Position numbers and translations under genes: made by a program. The notes below the pieces were generated by a model that was not told the DNA's origin, did not search any database, and saw nothing but the letters and a program-made list of their open reading frames with translations. A stretch of 64,000 nucleotides of DNA from Octopus sinensis (Eukaryota): assembly GCF_006345805.1 (NCBI RefSeq), contig NC_043004.1, forward strand, positions 55,180,001 through 55,244,000, given 5' to 3'. Below, piece after piece: positions 13,604-24,810 of the stretch (the first letter of the stretch is position 1; each line of letters begins with the position of its first letter).

Positions 13604-13814
13604 TTTGAATTTGTTCCTGTAATAATGTCGTATATGACTTGAGATGTTTGCCTTGCCTTAATGTTTGACGTCCTGTTTAACAATTATATATCCGCTACAT
13701 CGGAAATCTGAAATAGCTTCATAACTACCGTCTTCGAGCCCCAGTAATCCGTTACAGCACTTACCTAGCGTACCTAATCGTTTGGATAACCTGTGAACTA
13801 AACCCCCACACTTT

Positions 13815-13865
13815 GTATATATGTAATAACTATGTGTATATATATATATATGTGTATATATATAT

Positions 13866-13913
<48 letters not shown>

Positions 13914-13940
13914 TATATTTATACATATATATACATACAT

Positions 13941-13973
<33 letters not shown>

Positions 13974-14013
13974 CATATATATATACATTTATACATTTAT
14001 ATACATTTAAATC

Positions 14014-14046
<33 letters not shown>

Positions 14047-14230
14047 GTACATAAATACATATACATCTATAAATATATGCATGTATACATATACATCTAT
14101 ACATATACATCTATATATATGCATATATATACATATATATGTGTAGATGTATATACGCATATACACATGCATATATAATGTATGTGTGTGTGTGTGCGTG
14201 AGTGAGTGAGTGAGTGTATGCATGTATATA
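13815..14230. repeat. Compound (TA)/(CA)/(CATA) microsatellite
   Basis: Direct reading. Confidence 0.9.
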
Positions 14231-15103
14231 TGTAAGTGAAATAAGTTTCACTTTTAATGGTTCTATAAAAATAGTAACGTGATCCTATTCTTAATAATAT
14301 ATTTTACTGACTATATTTTACATGCAGCGGCAATACACCTAAGTTTGTAATGACAACAAGATTTCTTTTTAAGATATATACATTATTTATTTTACATATT
14401 TTACAATCATGTTTGATGTTGGAAGTTTGTAAGTGTTCGCATGTTTTTGTGTCTGTGTGTTCGTTAGGCGTAAAAAGGTACTGACCAGTGAATTGTCGAT
14501 GGGATTTGATTCACAGTTAATGTTGTTGGTATCGGCTTGGCAACAGGTAATAACAGATGGCTTAAGGTAGTTCTTAGAAGAAACTAGAACCCAAGAAACA
14601 GATAATTGATTTACCGTTTATGAGGTACACTGTAAGAGTCCCATATCAAGATATTGCATGTCGCAGTTGAGATTTATTGAATCACTCGTTGTGTTTATCT
14701 TTCTCTTGATATGAATATACTTCCAGACATGTTACTGTAGCCGTTTTCTTCGTGGCGAGAATTTCACCTAACCGCTATAGTTGAATCTGTAGTTGTCTCG
14801 TGTACAATTTAAATCTTCGATGTTTGTCGATTGGTTCTTGCTGCTTCTTCATTATATGTTCTGCTTGGTTATGTTTCTCTAGTTATAGATATCTTGTAAC
14901 CGTTTTCTTCATGGTGATTTTTCACACTAACAGTATGAGAGGTATCTGTAACATCTTGTATTAATGGTGGTCGCCTGCCTCGAAACTGGAACTTGGTCGA
15001 GTATTCTCTGTGTGGTCAGAGACTTAGCTCTTAAAAGAACTAAAAGCCTACGACGAGCTCTGTGTGGTCAGAGGTTCGCCCTGAGAAGGACTGGAAACCT
15101 AAG

Positions 15104-15720
15104 TATTTCTTTATTACCCACAAAGGGGCCACGAAGAGGGGGACATTACAAGACGGGACATGGGGTACATAAAGTAAAAATAAAATATGAAGTAAAGATG
15201 AATTATATGTAATGAGATGGAACGGCTTACGAACCCCCAACTCGCAGTTCCGTTTAAAATACAATTGTACATTTCATATATTCCAGTTCAAAATACAATT
15301 TTACAGTTACATATATTCCAGTTCAAAGTACAATAATTTTACAATTTACATTTTAACATTACATACATTCCTGTTCAAAATACAACTTTACATCTTACAA
15401 TTTTACAATTAACAATTCTAATTCTTTTATATTGGACGTTCGTCCGTCATATATTCTAATAGGTCCATTTGGTCTATTACATTTGGTAAATTGTCATACC
15501 GTACATAATGCGTTATATGAATAGCATTAAATATCTTTTTTAATTTTGTGTATGTTTCTTTTTCTATAATTGCGCCTTTTACATCGTCGCCATACAGTTT
15601 TGGGTTCACCTTCACCCTGACCAACCCTTTCCTACCTGCAAGTCTCTTTTCCACTTCTGTATTCTTGATATACATCACAACTGCTTTCAGGTTTTTTCCT
15701 GTAGGCCTTCTTCCATATTT
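15104..15720 (-). mobile_element. ORF1-only retroelement, unit C (5'-truncated, 617 bp)
   Basis: C-terminal ~96 codons (ending 15427) plus 3' UTR; homologous to the 3' end of unit B. Confidence 0.8.
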
Positions 15721-17472
15721 TATTTCTTTATTACCCACAAAGGGGCCACGAAGAGGGGGACATTACAAGACGGGACATGGGGTACATAAAGTAAAAATAA
15801 AATATGAAGTAAAGATGAATTATATGTAATGAGATGGAACGGCTTACGAACCCCCAACTCGCAGTTCCGTTTAAAATACAATTGTACATTTCATATATTC
15901 CAGTTCAAAGTACAATAATTTTACAATTTACATTTTAACATTACATACATTCCTGTTCAAAATACAACTTTACATCTTACAATTTTACAATTCTAATTCT
16001 TTTATATTGGACGTTCGTCCGTCATATAATCTAATAGGTCCGTTTGGTCTATTACATCTGGTAATTTGTCATACCGTACCTAATGCGTTACATGAATAGC
16101 ATTAAATATCTTTTTTAATTTTGTGTATGCTTCTTTGTCTATAATGACGCCCTTCACATCGTCACCATACAGTTTTGGGTTCACCTTCACCCTGACCAAC
16201 CCCTTCCCACCTACAAGTATCTTTTCCACTTCTGCATTCTTGATATACATCACAACTGCCTTCAGGTTTTTTCCTGTAGGCCCTCCTCCATATTTACACG
16301 ATTCCAACTGTTCGTTCACTCCTGTCTCCCATTCTTGTTCAAACTCTGTCCCTGGCCGCTCTCTCGCCCTCTCCTCTACTTCCTGTTCTTTGCATGTTCT
16401 CTCTTCTCTCTCTTCCGCCATCTTGCTTCCGATTTTTTTCTTTTTTAGATCTTTCGGTGGTGATTCCACCCTTGATCTCTTCCTATCTTCTGTTTTTTCC
16501 TCTTCTACACTTGCTCGTTCTTCCTCATTTAACTGCTCCTCCATTCGTGTTTCCTCCGCTTTCGCTTCCTCCACACACGCATCTTTACACTCCTCTATCA
16601 CAACCTCCGGTGCTTTTGTTTTTTCCCGCGGGCACACATCCTTCATGTGGCCCCTCGATTTACAATTATAGCAGATTGGGGGTCTTCCCTCTACCACAAC
16701 TCGGAGCCGTGTCTCGTCAGGGTAGACCAACTCCTCCGGGATGTTGTACAGGTCTCGCACAGTTATGTGTGCCAGAACCTGCACCGTATATCCCCACCAT
16801 TTCACCTCCGCTGACTTCTCCACCTTCAGTACTTCCACATCATCCTTGCAGTTAAACAGCACTGCTGCCAACAACCTTTCCATATTAAATTCGGGTGAGA
16901 TTCTATTGATTCTCATCCTCACTGCTCTCCTTCCGCAGTAACTTGGTAGCAAAGTCCACTTATCCGATTTCAAAAGTCTTGTTGCGTTCTTTTTTGCCTC
17001 ATTTTCTGTTTCAAAATATACCACTACCGTGGCATACTTCTTTCCTCTTTTGAAAAATGTGGGTTCACCCTCAATTTCCTTCAGACACCTTTCTACTTCT
17101 TCCATTTCCGCTACTTCAATTTTTTTCGACTCCACACACCACGTCCTGTACGTTATAGTACGCTTCTCTGCACTGCTTTCCTCCTCCTCGGACGGTGTGA
17201 CTCTTACGCAGTCACCCTCCCTCTTTAAACTGTCGAAATACTTCTGTAGGGTCTTCTGTTCGACCACCACCTCCTCCATTTCCAGCTCGCCGGCAACCAG
17301 GCCTTTGCCTGCCGCTCGCGCGTAAGTCTGTTCTTGCATTTTCAGGAAAAAAATTATTCCACGTCCTCCAACGAATTCGAACTCACCACCTCTTCACTTG
17401 AAATAAACACACCAGAATAATCACACCTGAATAACTCCAAATAACTCACTCAAAGACTGGAAGCCTGAGACG
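15721..17472 (-). mobile_element. ORF1-only retroelement, unit B (full length, ~1.75 kb)
   Basis: ~135-nt 5' leader, gag-like ORF, ~280-nt 3' UTR ending gcccctttgtgggtaataaagaaata. No RT, no poly(A). Confidence 0.85.
16080..17339 (-). CDS. L1/Tx1-type ORF1 (gag-like) protein, 419 aa (445 aa to 16002 if the TAG at 16080-82 is read as in unit C)
   Basis: RRM-like TVVVYFETENEAK region, zinc knuckle CYNCKSRGHMKDVC (CX2CX4HX4C), E/K-rich linker, conserved C-terminal domain. Unit C has TAT where B has TAG. Confidence 0.8.
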   Translation of the reverse strand: MQEQTYARAAGKGLVAGELEMEEVVVEQKTLQKYFDSLKREGDCVRVTPSEEEESSAEKRTITYRTWCVESKKIEVAEMEEVERCLKEIEGEPTFFKRGKKYATVVVYFETENEAKKNATRLLKSDKWTLLPSYCGRRAVRMRINRISPEFNMERLLAAVLFNCKDDVEVLKVEKSAEVKWWGYTVQVLAHITVRDLYNIPEELVYPDETRLRVVVEGRPPICYNCKSRGHMKDVCPREKTKAPEVVIEECKDACVEEAKAEETRMEEQLNEEERASVEEEKTEDRKRSRVESPPKDLKKKKIGSKMAEEREERTCKEQEVEERARERPGTEFEQEWETGVNEQLESCKYGGGPTGKNLKAVVMYIKNAEVEKILVGGKGLVRVKVNPKLYGDDVKGVIIDKEAYTKLKKIFNAIHVTH

Positions 17473-19179
17473 TATTTCTTTATTACCCACAAGGGGCTAC
17501 GAAGAGGGGGACATTACAAGACGGGACATGGGGAACATAAAATAAAAATAAAGTATGAAGTAAAAAATGAATTAGATGTAATGAGATGGAACGGCTTACG
17601 AACCCCCAACTCGCAGTTCCGTTTAAAATACAATTATACATACAATTTTACAGTTACAATAATTTTACAATTCTACATGTCAACATTACATATATCAAAA
17701 TACAACTTTAAATTTTACAATTCTTTTACATTAGACGCTCGTCCGTCATATAATCCAACAGGTCTGTATGCTCTATAACATCTGGTAATTTATCATACCG
17801 CACATAATGCGTTATGTGCATGGCATTAAACATCTTTTTCAATTTTATATATGTCTCTTTGTCTATAATGACGCCTTTCACGTCGTCAACATACAGCTTT
17901 GGGTTCACCTTCACCCTGACCAACCCTTTCTTACCTACAGTCTCTTCTCCACTTCTGTATTCTTGATATACATTACAACTGCCTTCAAGTTTTTTCCTGT
18001 CGGCCTTCTTCCATATCTGCACGATTCCAATTGCTCGTTCACTCTTTTCTCCCATTCTTTTTCAAACTCTGTCCTTGGCCGCTCTCTCACCTTCTCTTTT
18101 ACTTCCTGTTCTTTGTCTTCTCTCTCTTCTGCTATCTTGCTTTTAATTTTCTTCTTTTTTTGATCTTTCGGTGGTGATTCCACCCTTGATCTTTTCCTGT
18201 CTTCCGTCTTTTCCTCTTCTGCACTCTCTCGTTCTTCCTCACTTAACCGCTCCTCCATTCGTACTTCCTCCGCTTTCGCCTCCTCCACACACGCGTCCTC
18301 CATCACAACCTCCGGTGCTTTAGTTTTTTCTCGCGGGCACACATCCTTCATGTGGCCCCTTGATTTACAATTGTAGCAAATTGGGGGTCTTCCCTCTACC
18401 ACAACTCGGAGCCGCGTCTCGTCAGGGTAGACCAGCTCCTCTGGGATGTTGTACAGGTCTCGCACGGTAATGTGTGCGAGAACCTGCACCGTATATCCCC
18501 ACCATTTCACCTCCGCTGACTTCTCCACCTTCAGTACTTCCACATCATCCTTGCAGTTAAACAGCACTGCTGCCAGCAACCTTTCCATATTAAATTCGGG
18601 TGAGATTCTATTGATTCTCATCCTCACTGCTCTCCTTCCGCAGTAACTTGGTAGCAAAGTCCACTTATCCGATTTCAAAAGTCTTGTTGCGTTCTTTTTT
18701 GCCTCATTTTCTGTTTCAAAATATACCACTACCGTGGCATACTTCTTTCCTCTTTTGAAAAATGTGGGTTCACCCTCAATTTCCTTCAGACATTCTTCTA
18801 CTTCTTTCATTTCCGCTACTTCAATTTTTTTCGACTCCACACACCACGTCCTGTACGTTATAGTACGCTTCTCTGCACTGCTTTCCTCCTCCTCGGACGG
18901 TGTGACTCTTACGCAGTCACCCTCCCTCTTTAAACTGTCGAAATACTTCTGTAGGTCTTCTGTTCGACCACCACCTCCTCCATTTCCAGCTCGCCGGCAA
19001 CCAGGCCTTTGCCTGCCGCTCGCGCGTAAGTCTGTTCTTGCATTTTCAGGAAAAAAATTATTCCACGTCCTCCAACGAATTCGAACTCACCACCTCTTCA
19101 CTTGAAATAAACACACCAGAACAATCACACCTGAATAACTCCAAATAACTCACTCAAAGACTAAAAGCCTGAGACGTAT
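17473..19179 (-). mobile_element. ORF1-only retroelement, unit A (full length, ~1.71 kb, frameshifted)
   Basis: Same 5' leader (atacgtctcaggc...). ORF broken by 1-bp losses near 18955 and 17940 (track ORFs 17935-18840 and 17726-18055). More diverged 3' UTR. Confidence 0.85.
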
Positions 19180-19559
19180 ATTTTTCTGAGAAACCTTGTT
19201 TTATAAGCTTCATCAGGCTCCCAGTGAACTTCAGAAATGGAAAGCTGTGATTGGCTGCTTGGACTATGGCGCGAAAATAAGTCGAGACATTTTGCGCCAA
19301 GTTATAACCAGCGGTGCGAGCGTAGTAGAGACCAACGTGTCAGCCAATCGAATTAGTGTTTACAACAATGTTAAACTAGCCAAAGCTGTTTGTAATCTCG
19401 ACCGAGGTCATTCTTAATACTCTTCTCAAACAGTGAAGATAGCAATGAGAGACGATATTACTACAGTTCCATTATTAATAGTAAAAGTATATAACAAGAG
19501 TGATTGTAGGCCTGAAAGACGCACTGCACTAGTTGCTCACGAGCTGAACCGCTACAATG

Positions 19560-20087
19560 ATTTTTCTGAAGAAACTGGACGAAGCCACAGACTTTCCCAG
19601 AAGAGTAAAGCCTTAAACTATTTCTTTTTACTTTTTCGAATGAGCCCATTTGAAATCATTACGGCGGAAACGAACCGTTACGCTAAACGTAAACAAAGCG
19701 AAAGAAAGGATAGTTTGTTATTTCCCACAACCTTAAATGAAATTAAGGCCTATTTTGCCATAAATATTATTATGGGTATCAGAAAGTTACCCAGAATAAC
19801 AAATTCTATCGTAAAATTTTGTTGTATACCCAACTGAATATTAGCTAATAACCCATTTTCTATAGCGATGTTTGAACAAAATTTTAATAATTTTATATAT
19901 TGTTGAATTTACCTGTATCTACCTGCAATTAGAGTCACTTTGTGACAAAAATTATAGTATAGAATTGGTTGAGAACATTTCATTAAATTATCTTCCAAAA
20001 TTCATGTTAATATATTGTAAATTTATGATTACGTTAGAAAATAATTGAAACACATTTTGGTCAGAAATATAGTAACGAAAGGGTTAA
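19560..20087 (+). mobile_element. piggyBac transposase fragment and right terminus
   Basis: LNYFFLLF..FEIITAETNRYA...TTLNEIKAYFAINIIMGIRKLP resembles the DDE_Tnp_1_7 N-terminal part. Ends ...cgaaAGGG|TTAA at 20080-20087. Confidence 0.75.
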
Positions 20088-20195
20088 GAAAAACCAAAAA
20101 ATATTTTATTCTTTATAAATGTTGTGTTCAAAATAACATTTTCTTTTAAGAATGTGTATATAACAAAGTATGTGTATATAACTACGTGGCTTATA

Positions 20196-20595
20196 TCTTT
20201 ATATATAAAACTGAAGTTGTGTGTCTGTCTCCTACGATTTAGATTCGTAACTACTCCCACATTTTGCGGTGCAGTTTCACCAAAAGCGGGTATCTTAAAG
20301 TCGTGAGTCATATCGAGCCCTTCTGGGTATTAGCGCGCGTCTACGATGAGTCTACGATTAAAAAAAAATTTACCATCATATTTTTCCATTTTAATGCATT
20401 TTTTTCGCTATTATATAAGGGAAGTAACTCTCTAAAAATATCTACGATGTGTCAACGATTTAAAAAAAAATTTACCTTAATTTGTTTTCCATTTTTAATG
20501 CATTTTTTTTTGCTAATTTTTGGCTATAACTCTCTAAAAATGCTTATATAGTTATTTCCCTTACAAACCCGAGCAACGCCGGGCGATACTACTAG
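20196..20595 (+). mobile_element. Non-autonomous Helitron, family 2 copy 1
   Basis: A|TC start; cccgagcaacgccggg hairpin; CTAG at 20592-20595 then T. Second copy at 36943. Confidence 0.8.
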
Positions 20596-20599
20596 TATA

Positions 20600-22630
20600 T
20601 ATATATTTGTGTAACTCTCGATGCCAAAGTTTGGGACAAGTCCCTCCAGGATCTTCCAGATGTATATTATGGTATATCTTTCTCGCCTACGCTCCAAGGA
20701 ATAGAGTTTTAATCTCTTGAGTCTTTCCCAGTAGCTTATATTCTGCATAGAGGCTATCTTCTTCGTGTAGCTACGTTGGATCGCCTCAAGTTCTGTGATC
20801 AACTTGACACTGGATGGTGACCATAGCTGAGAGCAATAGTCAAAGTGGCTTAGGACAAGTGTCCTCCAGAGGACCATCATGGTTTCCTGTTCTCTTGTTC
20901 TAAAGGTTTTGAGAATCCATCCGGCCAGTCGTCTACATTTCATTGCCAATTTAGCAACATGTACACGAAAGGTTGCGTCATCACTCATGTAAATACCCAG
21001 GTCACACACTGATTGTGCCTCTGGGATTGCAATTCCTCCGGGTCCAGTGTATTCATTGGGTATTGCATTTAGTTTTGCATGCTGATAGTATAAAGCTTGA
21101 AACTTTTCAGCATTGAACTGCATGCTATTCTTTTCAGCGCACTTGTATATTTTGTCCAGCTCACATTGCAGGCGTTTAGTGTCCTCAGGGTTCTGTATTA
21201 CCTGCGAAACTTTTGTATCATCTGCATAACTTGTGATCGTGGCTCTCTGCGTGGCTGAGAGCATGTCTGAGAGGGCCATTATGAACAGTAATGGTCCCAA
21301 AACAGTGCCCTGCGGAACACCGCTCACTATTTGCGTGTTAATGGAAGTGGCCCTATTGGCTACTACCACCTGACTTCTATCTTTCAGAAAGTCATGAAGC
21401 CATTCTCCCAGTTTTCCAACTATGCTGAGATCACGCAGTTTGTGACATATCATTCCATGATCGACTTTATCAAAGGCCTTTGCAAAGTCGAGATATATCA
21501 CTTCCACATTTGAGTGGTTGAGCAGTCGTTTCAGCACCCAGTCATAGTGTTGTAGGAGCTGAGTTAAGCAGCTTCTCTCTGGTCGGAAACCATGTTGGGT
21601 GTCAGGCAGCAAGTCAATTTCTTCAAGGAAGGTGATCAGTTTCCTTCTGACTATTCGTTCCATGACCTTGCTGATGTGTGAGGTCAGAGAGTTCTTGGCC
21701 TCCGCTCTGCTACCTCCTTTATGAATAGGGCATATTTTACCTTCCTTCAGTTTTCTTGGAAGTTTGCCAGCTGCAAGGAAGCTCTGAAAGAGGAACTGCA
21801 GTGGTCTTGCTAGGACTCTCTTACATACTTTTAGGAGGATTGCCGGGAATCCATCGGGGCCAGTAGCTGAGTCTGTTTTCATTTCATATATCGATGTAAT
21901 TTATCGTCGCCGCCTCTGATTTTATATCTGCAGTGGTAAAGAAGTCAGTTGAATTGGTGATTTGGAAATGCCCAAGGGGTGGAGTGAAAACACTCTTGAA
22001 TTGCTCATTCAGTATTTCACTTACCCTCATTGGTTTTCCTGTGAGTGTGCTATCCTTTTCAAGGAGTGGCCCTATCCTACAGTGCACCGTAGCTGTTTCT
22101 TTGGCATACCTGTAGAAAGCTCTGGGGTTAGATTTTATGTTGTCTATAGCCCAGGCTTCTTTGTCTGCTCTTTCCTTTTCATGGGAGAGTTGCAGACATT
22201 TTTCAATTTCCAACAGTTTTATTTTCAGGCGGGACTTTTCACTGCTTTCAATTTGTTTGTTTAGGCGATTTGAAATTTTTGTACGCCGTCTCATTAAAAT
22301 TTTCCTCTCTCTGGGGATTTTGTTCTTGTGTACAGTGGCCTTTCTCTCTGGGACACATTTGTAGCATATGGCTTGCATTACAGACATGAATTGTTGAAGT
22401 TTCACGTCGATGTCTGGCGAGGAGAGACATTCAGGCCAGTTTTGTTTGAGGATCTCTTTCTCAATTTGTTTCCAGTTTGCTTTATGGAAGTTCAAGCTGG
22501 AAAGATTCTGAGGGTTTCTTGTAGGCTGCATGTCCATGCTTTCCTTTGGCCCGTACATGGTCAGCTCTACCATGTTGTGATCCGAGAGTAGTGTCGGTGT
22601 CACTTTCACATTATGGATGAGATCCATATA
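20600..22630 (-). mobile_element. CR1-clade LINE ORF2 fragment, well preserved (one frameshift at ~21883)
   Basis: 452-aa RT ORF with YLDFAKAFDKV, GVPQGTVLGPLLF and YADDTK, plus a 261-aa upstream ORF. Truncated at both ends. Confidence 0.9.
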
Positions 22631-22692
22631 TATATATCGTCGGTGAATCATAAATCCGAAAAAGATCACTTTGTCTGTCTATTAATCAACTC

Positions 22693-22694
22693 TG

Positions 22695-22783
<89 letters not shown>

Positions 22784-22790
22784 TTTCTAT
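22693..22790. repeat. (TCTA)n microsatellite
   Basis: Direct reading. Confidence 0.95.
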
Positions 22791-22864
22791 CTATCAATCT
22801 GTCTGTCTAGTTGAAATTTGTAGATACACAAAAGACGGAGACAGGTGTGACGTGCGGCAAAAAT

Positions 22865-23030
22865 GAAGTCTTTTACGTTTCGAGCCTACGCTCTTCGACA
22901 GAAACGAATAAGAGAAAATAAAAAGAGAGAGAATGAAAAAAAGACAAAAAAAACGTGTAGATTTCAGCGGTCCAACATTTTCTCATTTCTTTCTGTCGAA
23001 GAGCGTAGGCTCGATACATAAAAGACTTTT
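22865..23030. repeat. Inverted repeat with hammerhead-like arms (Penelope pLTR-like)
   Basis: aagtcttttacgtttcgagcctacgctcttcgacagaaa versus tttctgtcgaagagcgtaggctcgatacataaaagactt. Related piece at 46380-46500. Confidence 0.6.
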
Positions 23031-23949
23031 TCATTTTTCCCGTGCATCAAACTAATACACTTGCTTGTTGTTCATCCACCTGTCTTCGTCTTTTGTTTTT
23101 CTATAAATTTCAACTATTCATGGATTTCACTGAATTTTTTCGTTGATATGTATCTAACTCTGTGTTATTCATCCTTAAAGTGTTAAAGAATTGGTCAAGG
23201 GCCAACCTCGTTGCCTTGTTCGTTAGCTGCAGTCCTTTGCTTAAGCTCTCATTTTACTTTAGAATTCTCTATCACTATTTCCTTACTAAATCTTATCGGT
23301 TCTGATTTAAAAGCTCTTTTCAGGGCTAACCATCAACAGTTGTTGACGATTTCTCTATTTCGATCTCTGTAAATTTGATGCACCAGGAACGATGCATTTC
23401 GTTTCCAGTAACCGGGCCCCTGTATACACACATAATACATACATATATGCATGCATGCATGCATGCATGCATACATACATACATACATACATACATAGAT
23501 ACATGCATGCATACATACATACATACATACATACATACATGCATGCATACATACATACATACATACATACATATGTATTAAGGGTACCGAAACGAAATGT
23601 ATTTTTAAGCAATAGTCTTACGTCACCCCAGAAATAGTTTACAAGCCAATTAAAGGTGTTCTTGCAATCATCCAATCAGCATAGAGTAAATGACCAAGTG
23701 TTAATGTGGACATGCATGTTTGTGTGTGTGTGCGTGTGCGTATGTGTATGTGTGTGTATACTCTATCTGATACATATGGAAGTCAAGGAACTCGGTGAGC
23801 TCTGTATTTGTCATTGCATGCTTTAAGAATTTCGTAAGGGTAACAAGGCAACATATGCGAGGGAAAATACATGTACTGTATATCCTGATGGTGTGATGTT
23901 CGGAAATGGTTTAACAATTCAAAAAACGGCGATTCCGATCTTTTGGGTG

Positions 23950-24810
23950 GGTATTGACTAGGAAAACCATTTGTTATCAATAATGATGCAGTGAAAACAG
24001 CAGCTGAAGAGGATCCGTGTCAAAGTATCGGGAACTTATTCCAGAAGCTTAATAGGCCTCAATCCACTGTGCAAGAGCATCTGAAGTAGATTGGAAAAAT
24101 GTATAGAAAAGGGAAGCAGGTATCTCATTAGCTAATGAGATACCTGCTTCCCTTTTCTTCCTCGAGAATGAAGCATCTGTGCATTCAGCAAGTTACAACA
24201 ATTTCCTAATCTGGAATGAACAAATTGTTTAAATCGAATGGTAACAGGATATGAGGAATGGATAGTCTACGCTAACAAACTTACGAAGCAGTGGCTGTCG
24301 CCAAACAAAAATCCAATTAAGACGCCCAAACCACATCTAAAACCAAAGATTTTGCTGTGTGTTTGTTGGAATACAATATGTATTGTTCACTTCGAATTAT
24401 TGGAAAAGGGACGGACGTCACCCCAGAAATTTATATTAACAACTTAAACGTGTCGATTAAATTTTTCTGAGAAAACACCCAGCTTTTGTCAAAAGAAAGT
24501 GAGTCATTCTGCAACATGATAGTGCAGGTCTACATTTCAGCGATGATAATCCAAGAAAAGATAAATGTATTAGGTTGTGAAACCTTACCTCCCGCTCCCT
24601 ACTCACAAGACCTAACAGCATCAGATTTTCGCTTATTCAGTGAAAAAAGAGGAAGAACATTCACAAGCACGGACGATGCCGAAACATTACTTCAAACTTT
24701 TTCTCTCCAAAAGAATCCGATTTTTTTCCCCCGAGGAATCAGAAAACTGGTTTCGTTGCAGGAAAAAGTTATTGCTAAGGCGATTATATTTTGAATGAAT
24801 AAATATATTT
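23950..24810 (+). mobile_element. Mariner transposase remnant
   Basis: VTGYEEWIVY (TGDEKW-like), KILLCVCWN, PAPYSQDLTASDFRLF (YSPDLAPSD-like). Confidence 0.85.

Noticed and set aside
14500-15100. Possible fourth unit or another ORF1 downstream of the array
   Set aside because: Only a short aggcttttagt match to the leader; all frames are full of stops with no alignable motifs.
16158-16169. YGDD as evidence that the array encodes a reverse transcriptase
   Set aside because: The domain is only ~95 aa and lacks RT motifs A and B; kept only as a curiosity in the findings.
15090-19200. TSD or LTRs around the ORF1 array (gaaacct on both sides)
   Set aside because: The match is offset from the junctions and short. 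The repeated units are whole elements, not LTRs, and no PBS, PPT or pol was seen.
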